Shown here in pieces: positions 59,153-64,000 of a stretch of 64,000 nucleotides of DNA. The stretch comes from an uncultured Bacilli bacterium (GTDB lineage: Bacteria > Bacillota_I > Bacilli_A > RF39 > UBA660). Position 1 is the stretch's first letter, and each line of letters opens with the position of its first letter. The DNA is taken from positions 274,155 through 338,154 of the forward strand of contig CAXHRJ010000002.1 of the NCBI GenBank assembly GCA_964018915.1, written 5' to 3'. The position numbers and the translations under genes are program-made. The notes under the pieces are model-generated. The model saw nothing but the letters and a program-made list of their open reading frames with translations. It did not search any database and was not told where the DNA came from.

Positions 59153-60226
59153 ATGATAAAAAAATATGGTAGTTATGTACTAACAGTAATTCTATCGATG
59201 GCTGTTGGAGTTACTGGTACATATTTTATACTAAAGGATAAAGCGATAGGAAAAGAAATTACAAAAACAGTATCGGAAGTAAATATCACAGAAACAAATA
59301 CGATTAAATCTTCTATTAAAAAGATTTATAAAGCATCTGTTTTAATAGAGGCTTATAAAAATGGAAGACTTGGTAGTAGTGGCTCAGGCTTTGTTTATAA
59401 ACAAGATGATCAATATGGGTATGTTCTTACTAATAATCATGTAGTTGAAAATACTACTAGTGTGAAAGTGATTAATGTAGAAGGCGTTGAAGTAGATGCG
59501 ATAGTACTTGGGACTGATGTCTATATGGATATTGCTGTTTTAAGAATTCCAAAAGATGCCATTTTACAGGTAGCAACAATTGGTGATAGTAGCAATTCTG
59601 AACTTGGGGATACAGTCTTTACAGTAGGCTCTCCAGAGGGAAGAGAGTATATGGGAACTGTTACCAAAGGTATTCTTTCTGGAAAAGATAGAGAAGTAAC
59701 TGTTAAACTATCAAACGGTAGCTATATCATGTCGGTATTACAGACCGATGCGGCTATTAATCCAGGTAATAGTGGTGGACCACTTGTTAATATCAACGGT
59801 GAAGTAATTGGAATTAATTCTTTAAAACTTGTGGAAGATGAAATAGAAGGAATGGGATTCGCTTTACCAATTGAAGAAGTAATGTTATATGTAGATAGAT
59901 TAGAGAAAGGTGAACAAATTACTAGACCAACAGTTGGTTTAGAGTTAATCGATGCTACTAATAGTTATTTACTTGGATATTATCAGATGAATGTGAATAC
60001 AGATGTTACAGAAGGTGCTATTATTTATCGGGTAGTAGATAATTCTCCAGCTGCTCTAGCAGGACTTAAATCTGGAGATGTTATCATGGCAGTAGATGGC
60101 AATAAAGTAACAGATGTAACCCATTTTAGATATCTTTTATATAAGCATAGTATAGGGGAAGAAATGAAAGTTACTTATATTAGAGATGGTAAAGAAGCCA
60201 CTCTTGTTGTAAAACTTACACAATAG
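59153..60226 (+). CDS. htrA: HtrA/DegP-family serine protease with PDZ domain
   Basis: N-terminal TM helix, catalytic triad context (NNHVV; GNSGGPLVN) and a C-terminal PDZ domain. GGAGG RBS. Confidence 0.8.
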   Translation: MIKKYGSYVLTVILSMAVGVTGTYFILKDKAIGKEITKTVSEVNITETNTIKSSIKKIYKASVLIEAYKNGRLGSSGSGFVYKQDDQYGYVLTNNHVVENTTSVKVINVEGVEVDAIVLGTDVYMDIAVLRIPKDAILQVATIGDSSNSELGDTVFTVGSPEGREYMGTVTKGILSGKDREVTVKLSNGSYIMSVLQTDAAINPGNSGGPLVNINGEVIGINSLKLVEDEIEGMGFALPIEEVMLYVDRLEKGEQITRPTVGLELIDATNSYLLGYYQMNVNTDVTEGAIIYRVVDNSPAALAGLKSGDVIMAVDGNKVTDVTHFRYLLYKHSIGEEMKVTYIRDGKEATLVVKLTQ

Positions 60227-60251
60227 ATAGCGTATGCTATCTATTTTTTGC
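60224..60251 (+). terminator. Rho-independent terminator
   Basis: ATAGATAGC-gtat-GCTATCTAT followed by TTTTTTG. Confidence 0.6.
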
Positions 60252-60301
60252 GTAAATACTACATTTCTGTTATAATATAGGCGATGTGGGAGGAATGTTT
60301 T

Positions 60302-61018
60302 TTGAAAGTATTAATAATTATTCCTGCTTATAATGAAGAAAAGAGTATTGTAAGTACTGTAGCTTCTTTAAAAAAAGCAAAAATAAAAAACGGAACTTTA
60401 GACTATATTATTGTTAATGATGGATCAACAGATAATACAAGAGAAGTGTGTGAAAAAGAAAATTTAAACTATATTAATTTACCAATGAATTTAGGAATAG
60501 GCGGAGCTGTCCAAACTGGATATAAATATGCTTTTGAAAATAACTATGATATTGCGATTCAATTTGATGGTGATGGGCAACATGATGCTAGTTATATTGG
60601 GAATTTAGTAGAAGAAATTGAAAAAGGAAATGATATTGTAATTGGTTCTAGATATGTAGCAGATTTAAGCAAATTTCGTTCTACTGCACTAAGACGTTTT
60701 GGGAGTAGTCTATTATCTTTTTTAATTAAGTTATGTACAGGTAAAAAGATATATGATCCAACTAGTGGATTTCGTGCTTCTAATAGAGAGGTTATTGAAT
60801 TATTTGCTAATGATTACCCAACAGATTACCCAGAACCAGATACGATTGTAACAGTTATTAAAGGTGGTTATAAGGTATCAGAAATTCCTGTTAAAATGAA
60901 TGAGAGAACTAGTGGAAAAAGTTCATTAAGTAGTCCTTTTAAAGCATCTTTTTATATGATTAAAGTAAGTGTTGCGATTATTGTATCTGGACTATCTCAT
61001 AAGAGGAGGAAAAAATAA
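60302..61018 (+). CDS. GT2 polyprenyl-phosphate glycosyltransferase (CsbB/GtrB-like)
   Basis: IIIPAYNEE ... VNDGSTDNT ... DGDGQHD motifs. TTG start 60302 lies 8 nt after a GGGAGG RBS. Confidence 0.7.
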   Translation: MKVLIIIPAYNEEKSIVSTVASLKKAKIKNGTLDYIIVNDGSTDNTREVCEKENLNYINLPMNLGIGGAVQTGYKYAFENNYDIAIQFDGDGQHDASYIGNLVEEIEKGNDIVIGSRYVADLSKFRSTALRRFGSSLLSFLIKLCTGKKIYDPTSGFRASNREVIELFANDYPTDYPEPDTIVTVIKGGYKVSEIPVKMNERTSGKSSLSSPFKASFYMIKVSVAIIVSGLSHKRRKK

Positions 61019-61386
61019 TGCCACAAGAACTAATTATATTTTTGTTAATACTTTGCTCATTCTTCTTATTTAATATTTGGAGATTAGTAAGTAAAAAGAA
61101 AATTTTATTAAAACATGCTATTTCTTGGACTTTTCTAACCATAGCAGTAATGATAGCAACTTTAACTACAGACTATTTAAAGGTGATTTCTGATTTTGTT
61201 GGAATTCAAGAAGTATCTAATATGATATTCTTATTTGGGTTCTTAGTGTTACTTGTGGTAGCATTTAGCTTAACAACAACTGTATCTAAGCAAAAGATGG
61301 CTATTGTACAGTTAACTCAGGAGCTAGCTCTTACTAATAAAAGAATAGGGGAGTTGAACAATGATAAATCTAATAAAAAAGTATAG
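61018..61386 (+). CDS. DUF2304-type small membrane protein
   Basis: Three TM helices plus a coiled-coil tail; typical partner of GT2/GtrA genes. Confidence 0.45.
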   Translation: MPQELIIFLLILCSFFLFNIWRLVSKKKILLKHAISWTFLTIAVMIATLTTDYLKVISDFVGIQEVSNMIFLFGFLVLLVVAFSLTTTVSKQKMAIVQLTQELALTNKRIGELNNDKSNKKV

Positions 61387-61774
61387 CACTTTTATAAAGT
61401 ATATCTTTTCAGCTGGTACATCTTTTATTTTAGATCAAGGATTATTTCGTTTATTTTTACTATTTTTAAAGAAATCAATAGGAGATGCTAGTATCTTTGT
61501 AGCAACTGTATTAGCTCGTATTATTTCTTCTTTTTATAACTATTTAGTAAATAGAAATGCGGTATTTAAAACAGACAAAAAAGGAATAGATTCTACTACA
61601 TTTGTAAAATATTTTTTATTAGTAGTAATTCAAATGGGAGTATCTTCATGCCTAGTATTTGTTGGTTATAAGATATTAGGAATAGATGAAACCTTTATTA
61701 AAATTCCAGTAGATATTTTTCTATTTGTAATAAACTATTTCGTTCAGAAGAAATTTATCTTCATTGAAAATTAG
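61361..61774 (+). CDS. GtrA-family membrane protein (putative lipid-linked sugar translocase)
   Basis: About 135 aa with 4 TM helices and GtrA-like N- and C-terminal regions. Confidence 0.55.
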   Translation: MINLIKKYSTFIKYIFSAGTSFILDQGLFRLFLLFLKKSIGDASIFVATVLARIISSFYNYLVNRNAVFKTDKKGIDSTTFVKYFLLVVIQMGVSSCLVFVGYKILGIDETFIKIPVDIFLFVINYFVQKKFIFIEN

Positions 61775-61784
61775 AGGGGATTAT

Positions 61785-63608
61785 ATGAAAAAAAATTGGT
61801 ATCATATAAAATGTTTTCTACTCGCTATACTAACATCATTTGGTCTACTTGTAGAATTCAGTTTAAAAAAAGGAATGTTAACGCCAAGAATTAATAATGA
61901 CAATTTCACTTTATTTATTATTGGATTATTTTTCTTTTGGTTTTATGAGAAATTCTTGAAAGAAAATAAAAAGAATCGAGTGTTTCAATTTTTAGCGCTT
62001 CTTTTTAGTTTCTTTATGGTATTTGGATATAGTTATGATGTGGTAGGGAATGCCTCTTTAGTGAATTCTAGTCTACAATTTATTATTATTTCTATCATTA
62101 AGTATATAGCGTTTTATTATATGTTCAAAACCACTTTACATTTGGTATACCAAACAATTATTACTTATAAGTGGAAAGAAAAAGTAACAAATTCAAAAAT
62201 TAGTAAAATGTTTATGGAACATCCATTACTATTTTCATTTGCATTTATCTTTATTTGTTATATACCCTATTTAATTATATTTGCTCCAGCTGTTATGTGT
62301 TATGATCCAGCGAATCAAATAAAAGAAGTAATGGGAATTCATACTCGCTATATGGACAGTGTCATATTATTAGACCCAAATATGACTCTTACAAACTTTA
62401 ATCCTATTATTCATACGTTATTAATTGGTGGATGTTTTAAATTAGGCTATGTTTTAGGAAGTGTAAATTTAGGATTAATGCTATATACTCTTATTCAAAC
62501 CAGTATTTTAGTATTCGCATTATCTTACTCTATTTCTTATATGAAAAAAGAGGACGTTCCAACTAAACTACTTTGGTTAACACTTCTTATTTACGCACTT
62601 GTACCAGTATTTCCATTTTACGCTGTAGCAACTGTAAAAGATACCTTATTTAGTGCATTTATTCTACTTTACGTTATTCAACTATATGATATTATTAAGT
62701 ATGATGGAACTAAGAAAAAATATATATTACTATTTATTACTTCGTTATTAGTAATATTTTTCAGAAATAATGGTATCTATACAGTACTTCTTAGTATGCC
62801 ATTTTTATTAATTGCAGAAAAACAAAAGAGAAAGCCAATAACAGCTATTCTAGTTTTGTTATTAGTAATTCACATTGGATATGGTAAAGTTTTATTACCA
62901 AGTCTTAAAATTAGTAATACAAGTATTAGGGAAGTATTATCTATTCCATTTCAACAGACTGCTAGAGTAGTGAAATATCATAAAGAGAAAATCCCAGAAG
63001 AGGAAGCAAAAGTAATTGATTATCTATTAAACTTTGAAACATTAGGAGATCGATATGAATCCTATATTTCTGACCCAGTAAAGAATGAATATAATAAAGA
63101 AGCAACGAATGAGGATTTAATGAATTACTTTAAAGTATGGTTTAATCAATTCTTTAGATATCCAGTAGATTATATAGACGCTACGATTAGTAATGTATAT
63201 GGATATTTTTATCCTAATACCTCAAAATGGTATATTTATTCAGATGTAGACGAAAATGAAAAACTGCCAGAAGCTGGTTTTGATTATCACTTTGTTTCGC
63301 CAAGATGGATGAGACAAATATTAAGTAATTATGGTAATCATTTTCCTTATTATCCAGTAGTTGGTATGTTTGTAAATATTGGATTTGTAGTATGGATTTA
63401 TTTCACAATGGTAGGATTTTTGCTTGTTAATAAAAAGAAAAAGTATTTACCAGTATTACTTCCTGCACTTTCGTTAATATTAGTTTGTGTAGCAAGTCCA
63501 GTAAATACATACTTTAGATATGCCCAACCATATGTGTTTGCCTTACCAGTTACTATGTTTTTGCTATATCAGATTCTTACGAAAGAAAAGAAGAAGTATA
63601 CAAAATAG
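61785..63608 (+). CDS. Large polytopic membrane protein, putative GT-C-type glycosyltransferase (YfhO-like role)
   Basis: More than 10 TM helices. Sits in the GT2/GtrA module. GAGGGG RBS before ATG 61785. Confidence 0.4.
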   Translation: MKKNWYHIKCFLLAILTSFGLLVEFSLKKGMLTPRINNDNFTLFIIGLFFFWFYEKFLKENKKNRVFQFLALLFSFFMVFGYSYDVVGNASLVNSSLQFIIISIIKYIAFYYMFKTTLHLVYQTIITYKWKEKVTNSKISKMFMEHPLLFSFAFIFICYIPYLIIFAPAVMCYDPANQIKEVMGIHTRYMDSVILLDPNMTLTNFNPIIHTLLIGGCFKLGYVLGSVNLGLMLYTLIQTSILVFALSYSISYMKKEDVPTKLLWLTLLIYALVPVFPFYAVATVKDTLFSAFILLYVIQLYDIIKYDGTKKKYILLFITSLLVIFFRNNGIYTVLLSMPFLLIAEKQKRKPITAILVLLLVIHIGYGKVLLPSLKISNTSIREVLSIPFQQTARVVKYHKEKIPEEEAKVIDYLLNFETLGDRYESYISDPVKNEYNKEATNEDLMNYFKVWFNQFFRYPVDYIDATISNVYGYFYPNTSKWYIYSDVDENEKLPEAGFDYHFVSPRWMRQILSNYGNHFPYYPVVGMFVNIGFVVWIYFTMVGFLLVNKKKKYLPVLLPALSLILVCVASPVNTYFRYAQPYVFALPVTMFLLYQILTKEKKKYTK

Positions 63609-63620
63609 GTAATAATTTCA

Positions 63621-63656
63621 AAAGAAGAAGAAATATACAATAATATTTCTTCTTTT
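63621..63656 (+). terminator. Rho-independent terminator
   Basis: AAGAAGAAATAT-(acaata)-ATATTTCTTCTT followed by TTTG. Confidence 0.6.
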
Positions 63657-63681
63657 TGTATATATTTATAGTGGTGATAAA

Positions 63682-64000
63682 ATGAGTAAATATGTAATTA
63701 TTAATCCAACTCATGGGGGGACTGACTCAGGAAAAGTAAGCGAAAGTGTAAAAGAAAGTGACTATACTTTAAAGATGGCAAATGAAATTAGTAGATTATT
63801 AAATAATGGTGGGATTGCAAATAAATTGCTTCGAACAGGAAATCAGACGATTTCAAGGGAAGAAAGAATTAATCAAATTGTAACGACTAGTCCAGATTCT
63901 AAAGATACGATTGTACTTTCTCTTGGGATGGATAGTGCAGATAGCGGAATTGAAGTTATCTATGCTTTAAGGAATACAGATAAATTAGCATCTACTCTTG
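63682..64000 (+). CDS. N-acetylmuramoyl-L-alanine amidase (Amidase_3), N-terminal part; runs off the window
   Basis: MSKYVIINPTHGGTDSGK... Amidase_3 N-terminal motif. Confidence 0.55.
   Translation, partial: MSKYVIINPTHGGTDSGKVSESVKESDYTLKMANEISRLLNNGGIANKLLRTGNQTISREERINQIVTTSPDSKDTIVLSLGMDSADSGIEVIYALRNTDKLASTL

Noticed and set aside
1-64000. Searched for CRISPR arrays, tRNA/rRNA genes, IS elements, transposases and integrases
   Set aside because: I saw no direct-repeat/spacer arrays, no cloverleaf-like GC-rich segments and no transposase or integrase motifs. The window appears to be core chromosome plus small accessory insertions, without identifiable mobile-element boundaries.

Overview
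This is an AT-rich (about 30% GC), gene-dense, almost entirely plus-strand window from a low-GC Bacillota chromosome. The gene content and order suggest an Erysipelotrichia- or Mollicutes-related lineage, but that is an inference. The window is origin-proximal: a hypothetical acidic protein, parA/soj, parB/spo0J, an MscS channel, a DUF951 protein, an AbgT transporter, a lipoprotein, ychF, a VanY-like carboxypeptidase, then rpsF-ssb-rpsR. The complete S10-spc-alpha ribosomal super-operon follows (rpsJ through rplQ, with secY, adk, map, infA, rpmJ and rpoA), with no rpmD between rpsE and rplO. After it come a GlmU-acetyltransferase-domain-only protein and an agr-like quorum-sensing locus. That locus has a LytTR response regulator and an AgrC-like kinase on the plus strand, converging with agrB and a short AgrD-like precursor ORF (34271..34396, minus) that the ORF track does not list. 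Further on are csp, a GH25 muramidase, hpf and secA. A 6.3 kb block of unknown-function genes is wedged between secA and trpS and includes three tandem paralogous membrane-anchored double-thioredoxin-fold proteins. The rplM-rpsI operon comes next, then a cluster of uncharacterised genes: a 532-aa protein, two overlapping small ORFs (one paralogous to the large protein's C-terminus), a Zn-ribbon CPBP protease and two further unknown proteins. The window ends with fabG-like, rRNA methyltransferase and rluA genes, an apparently frameshifted secreted Cys-rich repeat protein, two Amidase_3 enzymes, an AbiD/F-type abortive-infection gene, htrA, and a GT2/DUF2304/GtrA/large-membrane-protein glycosylation module. 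I found no rRNA, tRNA, CRISPR array, IS element or integrase. All calls rest on motif and family recognition by eye, and coordinates of regulatory elements are approximate.
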